Of a stretch of 64,000 bases of DNA, positions 37,773 to 46,389 are shown one piece after another. Each line of letters opens with the position of its first letter. Position 1 is the stretch's first letter. A program made the position numbers and the translations under genes. Origin of the DNA: an uncultured delta proteobacterium (GTDB taxonomy: Bacteria > Desulfobacterota > Syntrophobacteria > Syntrophobacterales > Syntrophobacteraceae); contig CAWCGB010000008.1 of assembly GCA_963795045.1 (NCBI GenBank), positions 371,308 through 435,307 of the forward strand. The letters are read 5' to 3'. The notes beneath the pieces are model-generated. The model was not told the DNA's origin. It made no database searches and was given only the letters and a program-made list of their open reading frames with translations.

Positions 37773-38624
37773 ATGAGTAAATTCGAGTTCGGCGAGTGGG
37801 TGCTGCTGACTTCACAAAAAGGGAAAAAATGGCTCGTTCGAGTGGAGGAGGCGTCGTATTCGTCGCATCTTGGAGGCATTAACCTCGGGGATATAGCGGG
37901 CAGGGAGGAAGGCGACTGGCTCGTGACCAGCAAAGGAGCTAAGCTGATGCTCTTCAAACCCGCTCTCCAGGACTACATTTTCAGCATGAAAAGGCGCACC
38001 CAGATTATTTACCCCAAAGACCTCAGCGCGATGATTTTCAGCGGGGATGTCTATCCGGGGTGTTACATCCTGGAGACCGGGATAGGCTCGGGCGCCCTTG
38101 CGCTTGCCCTGCTGCGCGCCATGTGCGGCCGAGGAAAGCTCATTTCGGTTGAGAAGAGGACCGAATTCGCTTTGGAAGCCCGTGAAAACATCAGCCGCTT
38201 TTTCGGCGGGACGCCGGAAAATCATGAGATCATCGTTGCCGATATCGAAGGCTTCCACCTCTCATGCCAGGTGGACCGGGTTTTCGTGGACCTTCCCGAA
38301 CCATGGCGCGCCGTCGAAAGCCTTTGTGGAATGCTCCGGATGGGAGGACTTCTGGTAAGCCTTAGCCCAAATGTGGGCCAGGTCCAGCTCACTCAAAGGC
38401 AACTTAAGATAAACGGGTTCGGGGACATAGAGCATTTCGAGCTTTTGCGGCGGGACTGGAAGATTGACCAGCTTCGCGCCCGCCCCTTTGACAGGATGGT
38501 GGCCCACACCGGGTTTATTACGGTTGCAAAAAGGGTTTCGGCAGAACGGGGAGAACCGATCGAGAGCGGTCCTGATTATGGGGAAGATTCCGAAACCGGG
38601 AAGGTCCCCGAAGAACTTGTTTAG
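37773..38624 (+). CDS. tRNA (adenine-N1)-methyltransferase (TrmI/GCD14-like)
   Basis: RRTQIIYPKDLSAMIF and the SAM motif ILETGIGSGALALAL. Confidence 0.8.
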   Translation: MSKFEFGEWVLLTSQKGKKWLVRVEEASYSSHLGGINLGDIAGREEGDWLVTSKGAKLMLFKPALQDYIFSMKRRTQIIYPKDLSAMIFSGDVYPGCYILETGIGSGALALALLRAMCGRGKLISVEKRTEFALEARENISRFFGGTPENHEIIVADIEGFHLSCQVDRVFVDLPEPWRAVESLCGMLRMGGLLVSLSPNVGQVQLTQRQLKINGFGDIEHFELLRRDWKIDQLRARPFDRMVAHTGFITVAKRVSAERGEPIESGPDYGEDSETGKVPEELV

Positions 38625-38661
38625 CACAGATTCTGACTCGCAGAATGGGAAATACCGAAAC

Positions 38662-39495
38662 ATGGAATTCAAGCAGCAAGTACTTTTTAACAAAATGAAC
38701 TCTACCGGCGAATTGAGCAACCTCGAACCAGGGCGGAATTCTAAGCCGGTATCGATAAAAGAAGAAAAGATCGACATCTCGATAGTGATTCCGCTACGTA
38801 ACGAAGCGGAAAACATTCTGCCTCTGGCCGACGAAATAAGATCCGTAATGGAGCGGGAATTTGCGGAATGGGAGTGCATCTGGGTTGATGACGGCTCAAG
38901 CGACGGCAGCCTGGATATACTTGTAGAACTTGCGCGCGCGGACCGCCGTCATAGATATATCTCCTTTGAACGAAACGCCGGGCAATCGGCCGCGCTCTGG
39001 GCAGGATTCAGGGAATCCAGGGCTCCAGTAATCGCCACAATGGACAGCGACGGCCAAAACGACCCGGCGGACATCCCTGCGCTGTTCCGGAATGTCGAAT
39101 CGGGCGCCGCCGACATGGCGAACGGCTATCGCGCCCAAAGGCAGGACAACCTGAAAAGAAGAATTTCATCCATTTTGGGCAACGGATTCAGAAACTGGCT
39201 GACCGGCAGGACCGTAAGAGACGCGGGATGCTCAACCAGGGTCTTTCGCAGGGAATGCATCGAATCATTCCCCCGATTTGCCGGAATGCACCGTTTTCTG
39301 CCTACGCTGGCAGCTCTGCAGGGCTTCAAACTTTCTGAGGCGCCCGTAAATCACCGGCCCAGGATCAAAGGCCGCTCAAAGTACTCGATCAGTAACCGGC
39401 TTTGGGTCTCGCTGCTGGATATGTTTGGCGTTTTCTGGCTGAAAAAAAGGGCCTTCCGTTACAGGATCGCAACGAAATCGCAACTCCCCGATTGA
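38662..39495 (+). CDS. Family 2 glycosyltransferase (polyprenyl-phosphate sugar transferase, GtrB/ArnC-like)
   Basis: ORF 38464..39495. ATG 38662 removes the overlap with the upstream gene. VIPLRNEAENI, VDDGSSDGS, DSDGQNDP (DxD) and a C-terminal TM helix. Confidence 0.8.
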   Translation: MEFKQQVLFNKMNSTGELSNLEPGRNSKPVSIKEEKIDISIVIPLRNEAENILPLADEIRSVMEREFAEWECIWVDDGSSDGSLDILVELARADRRHRYISFERNAGQSAALWAGFRESRAPVIATMDSDGQNDPADIPALFRNVESGAADMANGYRAQRQDNLKRRISSILGNGFRNWLTGRTVRDAGCSTRVFRRECIESFPRFAGMHRFLPTLAALQGFKLSEAPVNHRPRIKGRSKYSISNRLWVSLLDMFGVFWLKKRAFRYRIATKSQLPD

Positions 39496-39754
39496 TTCTC
39501 TCCCCGGCAGCCGGCCGGCAAGAAGTTTCACGAGAATTTCGCCGCCTCCTCCAATTACCATTCCGTTATTAAAATTGCAGTCAAGATACTGACAATTTCC
39601 ATTGTGACTCTCAGAAGATCCCGGTCTTCTGAAATCCAGGTCCCATTGTCCGTGCTCTTGCCGCATAAGAAAAGCTAGGCGGTATAACCGCTTACCAACA
39701 ACCACCTCGTGACTCGAGACCTGGAAGAAATCTTCAATTCGCCTGCCTGTTAAG

Positions 39755-39770
39755 AGGCACAAAAAGTGCA
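39755..39770 (+). promoter_or_regulatory. Sigma54 (-24/-12) promoter-like element upstream of the pilin gene
   Basis: AGGCAC-AAAAA-GTGCA compared with consensus TGGCAC-N5-TTGCA. The GG and GC spacing is exact. It ends 66 nt before ATG 39836. Confidence 0.5.
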
Positions 39771-39835
39771 TGCCACGTTCCCTGAGAAGATTGCGTCGTC
39801 ATCGAAATAAGGGACGGAAGGGGGACGGTCTCCAC

Positions 39836-40300
39836 ATGAACGGTAAACGTGGTTTCACTCTGGTCGAACTGGTAGTGGTCGTGGCGATCGTCGCTATCCT
39901 GGCGGTTGTCGCAACACCGGCTTACATCAATTACGTGAACCGCACGAAACAGGGCAGCGCTGTCAGTATGCTGCTCACAGCCCGGCTCGAGATGGAAGAG
40001 TTTAATGCGGACAATGGACGATACGCGAGTACCATACAATGCCTTCCTTCGTTTGGAAACGCGGCATGCCTGGCCGATTGCACTAACTGCGCCACCGCCA
40101 CCACGGTGCATAATTATACCTTCCGTGTCTCGGTCCCTCCCAGCTCGGCCACTTCGCCCTATTACCAGATTGCGGCAACGAGACAAATCTACGCGAATGT
40201 CGCTGCCGATAAGTTGACAATCAGCGCAAGCACTGACACTCCGATCGTACAGAACACGGCCGCGCTGAAATTTTCCGTTTTCCAGTGGTTGTTTCAATAA
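39836..40300 (+). CDS. Type IV pilin (major-pilin-like)
   Basis: ORF 39770..40300. ATG 39836 gives MNGKRG|FTLVELVVVVAIVAILA, the class III signal. 154 aa with four Cys in the C-terminal half. Confidence 0.85.
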   Translation: MNGKRGFTLVELVVVVAIVAILAVVATPAYINYVNRTKQGSAVSMLLTARLEMEEFNADNGRYASTIQCLPSFGNAACLADCTNCATATTVHNYTFRVSVPPSSATSPYYQIAATRQIYANVAADKLTISASTDTPIVQNTAALKFSVFQWLFQ

Positions 40301-40326
40301 AATGTAAATGAAAGAGGTAATTACCC

Positions 40327-40743
40327 ATGCCTAGATTTTTTATTTTGGGTATCGCAATTTTGCTTCTATTGCTTCCATTGTTTTCTCCCTGCAGCGCCAT
40401 GGCGTTCACGGTTCAAGGAGAAACGACTGTCATTCAACAAGGTGCGCCTTCCAAGGCGCCCGCCAAAGCGGCGCCGGCCACGACTTCATCGCACTCGCAG
40501 GCCAAGGCTTCATCGCAAACCTCGGCCAAGGCTTCATCGCAATCGCAGCCCTCGGTGCACAGGAAAGTCGTCAATGTAGTCGTAGACAGGATCGAGGAAG
40601 GCGCAGTCTATTCCAGAGACGGTCAGAAATTCCAAATTACCAGCGATACCAAGGTCATTGATAATAGCAATCCCGTAACAAAAATGAGAACAGCCGAACT
40701 GGCTTTCGAAAACGGTGACCTGGTGACAGTGACCCTGAAATAG
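40327..40743 (+). CDS. Secreted 138-aa protein of unknown function with a Ser/Gln/Ala/Lys low-complexity linker
   Basis: Signal peptide. A tandem 24-nt DNA repeat (40501-40524 and 40525-40548) encodes AKASSQTS/AKASSQSQ. The C-terminal ~60 aa look beta-rich. Confidence 0.6.
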   Translation: MPRFFILGIAILLLLLPLFSPCSAMAFTVQGETTVIQQGAPSKAPAKAAPATTSSHSQAKASSQTSAKASSQSQPSVHRKVVNVVVDRIEEGAVYSRDGQKFQITSDTKVIDNSNPVTKMRTAELAFENGDLVTVTLK

Positions 40744-40777
40744 AGGCAATTACAAACCTAAGTTAGAGGAGCAGTCC

Positions 40778-43700
40778 GTGAGGCGAGCCACACTAAATTT
40801 TATTCTCTTTTCTTTTTTTTCGCTCGCATTTATACCCGGGGATGTTTACGGCAGCGCATGCAGCAATTCGCTCTATCCTCCGTTCATTGCCAACAACGTC
40901 AAACCCAACATACTCATAATCCTTGATAACTCCCAGAGCATGGATGAAGATTTCTACGGCAACGCGGTCGGTTCCTTTGCTTCAAGCAGCAAATCAGTGA
41001 TCGCAAGGCAGGCGCTGCAAAACCTGGTGGCCCAGATCCAGGATCAAGCCAATGTCGGAATAATGACATTCGGACTGCCCAGTGACACAAGTAATGGTTA
41101 CTACATTCACAACGGCATGCCTTTTGCCTCCTACAATCCCAACTCATACTGCCCCAATGCGACCCAAGCCACGATTCAGGCCTGCGTAAATTATTGCACG
41201 AACATGGACTCAGCCGATGCAGCCGCCTGTGATGCGGGCTGCCCCCCCAACGCATTACTCGGTCAAACGTTTACAAGTTTTACGGGTCAGCTCTTCACTC
41301 ACAACGACGGGACGAAGACAAACTTTACCGATCTCTTAATTACCAGTTATGCACCAGGCGACCCTACAAGAGCGAGGTATTGCGGGCTGGTCTACCCTAA
41401 GACTAAAAGTTGGCCGTACAACAATCCCTTAGGCTACACCACTACAGTTTATTATAACCAGGGAGACCCATACTATGACACGGCAGACGACCACACACTG
41501 TTCGGGTATTCCGGAAAAGATAGCCTAGCAGGCAGTGCGTACAGTACGGCGGAAAACGCCGCCAATACCTACACATACTGCCCCAATAAAGAGGGAACCA
41601 GCGATAGCTTTGTAGGTTATAGCAGCACCTCGACGACTCCCTGTAAAAATTACAAATTTATACCCACCGATTCGGACTGGGCTTTAGGGTTTTACAACTG
41701 GGGCCAGTCCATGCCCTGGTATTACGTGGGCCCCACATGGTTCAGCCAGAGTGGGGGGTCTCCTTCTCCACAGGGGTACCTTCACAATAAAATAACCCCC
41801 CTGAGCGGCACCACGTGCTACAACAGCTCCGGTGTATCCAATGGACAGGAATGCTCAACTACCTCGGACTGCACAGCCCCTTACAACTCGAGCTGTACAA
41901 ACAATTCCACTTATTACAACAGTCTTAATAGCTTACTCAATCCAAACGCCGATAACAGCGCCGGGTATATGAGCTGCACCCAAACCGGAACGAATGCAAA
42001 CCTATGCCCTTATATTATAAATGCCACCGACACGCCGACCGCCGGTACCCTGAGTTCGGCGCTCGCCTATTTCAACGGCCAGTACAAGAATGCAGGGGTG
42101 AACTATGCCAGTCCCATCACCTCGAAATGTCAAAAGAACTATATAATTTTCGTTACGGACGGCTTGCCTTCCACTTTAATGAACGGTACGCAAACCCAGA
42201 ACATTTCGCAGCTCATGACTGAAGTCACTACGGAGCTTGGCGACCTTCAATCAAACGTGTCGCAGACAATCAGCGGGACGGCCAAAATCTTTCCCGTCCT
42301 AACTTATGTTCTGGGGTTGGGCCTCACATCCGAGGCCAAAACAAATCTCGATGCCATGGCCAAGGCCGGCGGCACGCTCACCACCTCCGGACACGCTTAT
42401 TATGCCGATGAGCCCGACGAGTTGACCACTGCTTTGGAAACCATCATGGTAAACCTGCTGGGACAGGTTTCATCAGGAAGCGCCATCTCAATTCTCTCGC
42501 AAGGTCAGACCCAGAACGGCGCCAACATGCTGCAGGGCGTGTTTTATCCCGCGAAATACTTTGGGACGACAGCCATAACCTATCCGGGTTATCTATATAA
42601 CTATTGGTACTACCAAAACGGGCAATATAGCAACATAAGGGAGGATACCGTCCATGACTATATCCTCGAACTCGACCAGGACTACGGGTTAACTTTCCTG
42701 TTCGACACTCAGACAGGCCTTACAGTAGACCGCAAATCAGACCCGTCCGGCAGCGGCGATCCGACCGTATTTGTCGATAACGTCGGGCTGGATTCTCTTA
42801 CACCCCTATGGGAAGCTGGAAAGATGCTGCTCCAGGCAACCCCTGCCAGCAGGCAAATCCTCACTCCGGGGACAAACAGCAACGGTAGCGGACTGGTTAG
42901 TTTTGATACCTCCAATACCACCCTCACTACGCCCGCGTCTTCTCCACTGGGCAATCCGGCACTAATTCCGTCGACATTCGATGCCTGCCTTCAGCCTCCG
43001 GGAACGAGCAATACGGCTATCCTGGATAACCTGATAAATTATGTGCGGGGGACCGACATAACAAATACTTATTGTTCCAACGCCGCCGGGACCAGTTTCA
43101 GCACAACTCCCTGCAGTCCGACCAACCCATGTACGACCTCCCCTTACACAACCTGCTCCACGCTCACTAGCTGCAGGAACAGGACTGTAGGCCTCTGCTC
43201 CAACGGGACCCCGTGCAATTCGGACCCGGATTGCACGAGTGGAAGCTGCACGAAAAATGTGTGGAAAATGGGGGACATTATCTATTCTACGCCCCAGGTT
43301 CAAGCCAATTACAGTTATTGCTACAATGGCACTTCTTACAGCACCCAGTCCTGCACTCAGAACTCCGATTGCACTACCGGCAATTATACTACATGCCAGC
43401 AGAAGCAGAGCGTCGTCTTTGTCGGCGCCAACGACGGGATGCTGCACGCCTTCCAGACGGGAGTTATAAGCACCACGGGATTGAATTCATCGAACTTCCA
43501 GGTGGCAGAATTGACGGGAATTCCGACCTCGAGCATGGGCCAGGAATTGTGGGGCTTCATACCCACGAACAGTCTTCCCTACCTGAGGTGTCTTGCATCT
43601 CAGACCGGTTGCCATCTCTATTACAACGATTTGAGCCCATACATCACGACGATGAATCTGAGTCAGCAATATTGTTCCAATGCTACTTCTCAGACCTGCA

Positions 43701-45406
43701 CCCAGGACTCCGATTGCACTTCGCCCGGTACGTGCGCGCCGAAGGCCGTGACGGTCCTGATCGGCGGGATGAGACTCGGGGGCGCGGCTATCAATTCCAC
43801 AGGTACAGCCACTTACTGCTTCAACAGCTCCGGGGTAACCAATGGAGGCACATGCTCAGGGGGTACCTCGGGCTGCAGCTCCGGTTATACCTCAAGCTGT
43901 TCAGGTCAATGCTTAAACAGCTCCGGAGTACCCAACGGACACAAATGCTCAAGTGTGTCGAACTGCACAACGGCCCCATATAATGCGGGCTGCTCCACCA
44001 GCTCTTATTATTATATCAACGCGCCGTCGGACACATGTTCAAACTTGTCATCGTTGTACTCAAGCCCGCAAAGCTTGTGCTCCGATGCCAGCAACTCCAA
44101 TAGCACCAACTACAATCCTTCGAACTGCACGGGCCTTTCCGAATACTACGCCCTCGATATCACCGACGCCCAGAACCCCAAACTCCTATGGGAATTCACC
44201 CATCCATTTCTGGGTTCTTCCTACTCCGGGCCGGCGGTCATCCACAAGTGGTCAAATTCGACCCTTGTGAGCGGCGACCAATATTACGTGATGTTTTTGT
44301 CCGGCCCGACAAACCCGAAGGACGGCAGCTCGATTCAAGACGTCAAGACCTTCGTCCTGACACTTAACAGCGCTAACCTGGGAATCGGCAGCGTATACTA
44401 CAGGGACCTCGGAGCCACCACCGCGAACGGCTTCGGCGGGAGGCTTTTCACCAACGGCCTGCAAGTAAACGGGGACAATTACACGGACTTTGTTTTCTTC
44501 GGGTACGCAAATTCCCCAACCGGAAGCGCGACCGGCTGGCAGGGAGGCCTCGGGAAAATCTACACCAGCAAGACCAAGACCGATTCGAACGGAAACATTG
44601 CGATCGATTATACAGCCACGGACCCCAGTAACTGGACCTATGACGTGACAACTTACGCCGGCGCAGTTACACAGCCCATAACCGCCAGGGTAGCGACCGA
44701 GCAGTGTTTCAACACGTTGTATCTCTATTCCGGGACAGGAAGGTATTTTTTCCCGCTGGACAACTATAGCGGGCCCGGTTTGAATTATCTCATGGGAATA
44801 CCGTTTACCTGCGATCAATACAACAGGTGCGGCAATTGCCTCAACAGCTCCGGGGTTTCCAATGGACAGGCATGCTCAAGTACTTCGGACTGCGCAGCCC
44901 CTTATAACTCGAGCTGTTCCAGCGCCATTAGTATCCAGAACAACAACCAATGTACACAATTGCAGGATGGAAACTTTAATCAGGCCGGCTGGCAGATTCA
45001 ACTGGATGCTGCGGGGGCGGATACGGGCTTTCTCGCGGAGAGGATGATTACCGATCCCACCACATCGTCCGGCAACAAGGTATATTTAACCACCTCCGAA
45101 CCCACTTCCGATCCATGCGGCTATGGCGGCCAGAGCCGCGTGTGGGGTATGAACTGCGCCACAGGGGCCGCTATCTCAGATCAATCATGCCCTGCATATA
45201 CGGTGGCCGACCCGACCGGCACCTTGTATGTGCAAACCTCCACCGGGGCGATAAACAAGATCTCCGTCGCCAACGATTTTCAGTACAACAACAACAGAGC
45301 AACTCAGTGGTTTACAGGCATTCCTCCGGAAAATTCTCCCCCGCCGGCGCAGCAGTCAACGGCGACGGCAAAAACGGGGCAGTTAATGCAGTGGATTGAA
45401 AAATGA
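40778..45406 (+). CDS. PilY1-like type IV pilus tip adhesin (vWA + PilC/PilY1 beta-propeller) with Cys-rich insertions
   Basis: Signal peptide, MIDAS LDNSQSM, FVTDG, VVFVGANDGMLHAFQTG, ELWGFIP, YYALDITDAQNPKLLWEF and a Ca-loop-like NGDNYTD. 1542 aa. Confidence 0.85.
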   Translation: MRRATLNFILFSFFSLAFIPGDVYGSACSNSLYPPFIANNVKPNILIILDNSQSMDEDFYGNAVGSFASSSKSVIARQALQNLVAQIQDQANVGIMTFGLPSDTSNGYYIHNGMPFASYNPNSYCPNATQATIQACVNYCTNMDSADAAACDAGCPPNALLGQTFTSFTGQLFTHNDGTKTNFTDLLITSYAPGDPTRARYCGLVYPKTKSWPYNNPLGYTTTVYYNQGDPYYDTADDHTLFGYSGKDSLAGSAYSTAENAANTYTYCPNKEGTSDSFVGYSSTSTTPCKNYKFIPTDSDWALGFYNWGQSMPWYYVGPTWFSQSGGSPSPQGYLHNKITPLSGTTCYNSSGVSNGQECSTTSDCTAPYNSSCTNNSTYYNSLNSLLNPNADNSAGYMSCTQTGTNANLCPYIINATDTPTAGTLSSALAYFNGQYKNAGVNYASPITSKCQKNYIIFVTDGLPSTLMNGTQTQNISQLMTEVTTELGDLQSNVSQTISGTAKIFPVLTYVLGLGLTSEAKTNLDAMAKAGGTLTTSGHAYYADEPDELTTALETIMVNLLGQVSSGSAISILSQGQTQNGANMLQGVFYPAKYFGTTAITYPGYLYNYWYYQNGQYSNIREDTVHDYILELDQDYGLTFLFDTQTGLTVDRKSDPSGSGDPTVFVDNVGLDSLTPLWEAGKMLLQATPASRQILTPGTNSNGSGLVSFDTSNTTLTTPASSPLGNPALIPSTFDACLQPPGTSNTAILDNLINYVRGTDITNTYCSNAAGTSFSTTPCSPTNPCTTSPYTTCSTLTSCRNRTVGLCSNGTPCNSDPDCTSGSCTKNVWKMGDIIYSTPQVQANYSYCYNGTSYSTQSCTQNSDCTTGNYTTCQQKQSVVFVGANDGMLHAFQTGVISTTGLNSSNFQVAELTGIPTSSMGQELWGFIPTNSLPYLRCLASQTGCHLYYNDLSPYITTMNLSQQYCSNATSQTCTQDSDCTSPGTCAPKAVTVLIGGMRLGGAAINSTGTATYCFNSSGVTNGGTCSGGTSGCSSGYTSSCSGQCLNSSGVPNGHKCSSVSNCTTAPYNAGCSTSSYYYINAPSDTCSNLSSLYSSPQSLCSDASNSNSTNYNPSNCTGLSEYYALDITDAQNPKLLWEFTHPFLGSSYSGPAVIHKWSNSTLVSGDQYYVMFLSGPTNPKDGSSIQDVKTFVLTLNSANLGIGSVYYRDLGATTANGFGGRLFTNGLQVNGDNYTDFVFFGYANSPTGSATGWQGGLGKIYTSKTKTDSNGNIAIDYTATDPSNWTYDVTTYAGAVTQPITARVATEQCFNTLYLYSGTGRYFFPLDNYSGPGLNYLMGIPFTCDQYNRCGNCLNSSGVSNGQACSSTSDCAAPYNSSCSSAISIQNNNQCTQLQDGNFNQAGWQIQLDAAGADTGFLAERMITDPTTSSGNKVYLTTSEPTSDPCGYGGQSRVWGMNCATGAAISDQSCPAYTVADPTGTLYVQTSTGAINKISVANDFQYNNNRATQWFTGIPPENSPPPAQQSTATAKTGQLMQWIEK
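41816..41896 (+). repeat. Cys-rich module R1 (CYNSSGVSNGQECSTTSDCTAPYNSSC)
   Basis: aa 347-373 of the PilY1-like ORF. About 72 of 81 nt are identical to R4 by manual alignment. Confidence 0.8.
43817..43900 (+). repeat. Cys-rich module R2 (CFNSSGVTNGGTCSGGTSGCSSGYTSSC)
   Basis: aa 1014-1041. It lies in tandem with R3. Confidence 0.75.
43910..43993 (+). repeat. Cys-rich module R3 (CLNSSGVPNGHKCSSVSNCTTAPYNAGC)
   Basis: aa 1045-1072. Confidence 0.75.
44837..44917 (+). repeat. Cys-rich module R4 (CLNSSGVSNGQACSSTSDCAAPYNSSC)
   Basis: aa 1354-1380. Confidence 0.8.
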
Positions 45407-45960
45407 AAAAGGAAAGCGGGTTCACTTTAGTCGAACTAATGGTGGTAGTCGCGATTACCGTGCTGGTGCTGGGGTGGGGTATTCCCTCATACTCGACCTG
45501 GAAGACGAAACACGATATCGAAAACCAGATGGTCCAGCTCTACAGCGACCTTCAGTTCGGGCGCATGACCGCCTACGGCAGGAAAGTCGTAGGGGGGGTA
45601 TTCTGGGGAACAGGCGGCACGGTCCCCAAGTCCACGACCGCCAACCCCACCTCGTACTACATAAGATATGATAATAGCAGCCCGCTGAATAATTCAATCG
45701 AAGACACCGGTACAGACGTTCAGATCGGGGCCGTTGCAACAAAGTATCCAATTACTGTTGTGGTGAGCCCGGTCCAGACCCTGAACAGCGTGAGCTTTGA
45801 CGGCAGGGGTTTTCTGAATACGCTCAATCAGGCGACTCCCGCCAGTTCGATCACGTTCAGCGTTTCATCGAGCTCCGGGGCTGCAATGGATTGTGTGGCG
45901 GTAACAAGCACCAGAATAACCCTCGGGAAAATGAACGCCGGAAATTGCGCGCCAAAATAA
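45403..45960 (+). CDS. Minor pilin, FimT/FimU (GspH-like)
   Basis: MKKESG|FTLVELMVVVAI prepilin motif. Its ATG overlaps the PilY1 stop (ATGA). Confidence 0.75.
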   Translation: MKKESGFTLVELMVVVAITVLVLGWGIPSYSTWKTKHDIENQMVQLYSDLQFGRMTAYGRKVVGGVFWGTGGTVPKSTTANPTSYYIRYDNSSPLNNSIEDTGTDVQIGAVATKYPITVVVSPVQTLNSVSFDGRGFLNTLNQATPASSITFSVSSSSGAAMDCVAVTSTRITLGKMNAGNCAPK

Positions 45961-45969
45961 GGGGTATTC

Positions 45970-46389
45970 GTGACTATTAACCTTCGCGGTAAACGGGGCT
46001 TTACGCTCGTCGAGGTCCTGGTAGCTCTTTTGATCCTGGCCGTCGGCATGTTGGCATCGGTCATAGGAATCATGAAGGCGCTCGATTATAGCATGATGGA
46101 CGAGATGCGAAATGATGCGATGAAGATAGCACAGGAACAGCAGGAAGCGGCCAGGAACATGGACTATAATGCTCTCCCGCAAATTCCTGCCACGGCGCCA
46201 AATGGTGTGCAAATTACGAGGGAGGTTAGAAAACAACTGGTCCCTTATACGGTCATTTGCAACCTGCAACAACCTCCTCCCGCCGCCGCAGGTATGGGAG
46301 GGCGCATAGTCGAGTTCAAGGTCCAGTGGACATTTAAAGGCATCACATATACATATGACCAGGAAACGATCGTGAGGCAAACGAGATGA
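45970..46389 (+). CDS. Minor pilin, PilV-like
   Basis: GKRG|FTLVEVLVALLILAVGML. GTG start. Confidence 0.75.
   Translation: MTINLRGKRGFTLVEVLVALLILAVGMLASVIGIMKALDYSMMDEMRNDAMKIAQEQQEAARNMDYNALPQIPATAPNGVQITREVRKQLVPYTVICNLQQPPPAAAGMGGRIVEFKVQWTFKGITYTYDQETIVRQTR

Noticed and set aside
39376-40297. Two minus-strand ORFs (131 and 187 aa) across the GT2 end and the pilin gene
   Set aside because: They are antisense to genes with strong signatures (the prepilin motif). They have no RBS or motifs.
40501-40548. Tandem 24-nt repeat considered as a possible CRISPR or VNTR
   Set aside because: There are only two units, they are in frame inside a CDS, and there are no spacers. It is a coding low-complexity duplication.
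43213-43983. 256-aa alternative-frame ORF within the PilY1-like gene (and other internal ORFs at 42962-43447 and 44252-44818)
   Set aside because: They are nested in or antisense to the long ORF that carries PilY1 motifs. Their low-complexity translation is a by-product of the Ser/Thr/Asn/Cys-rich coding frame.
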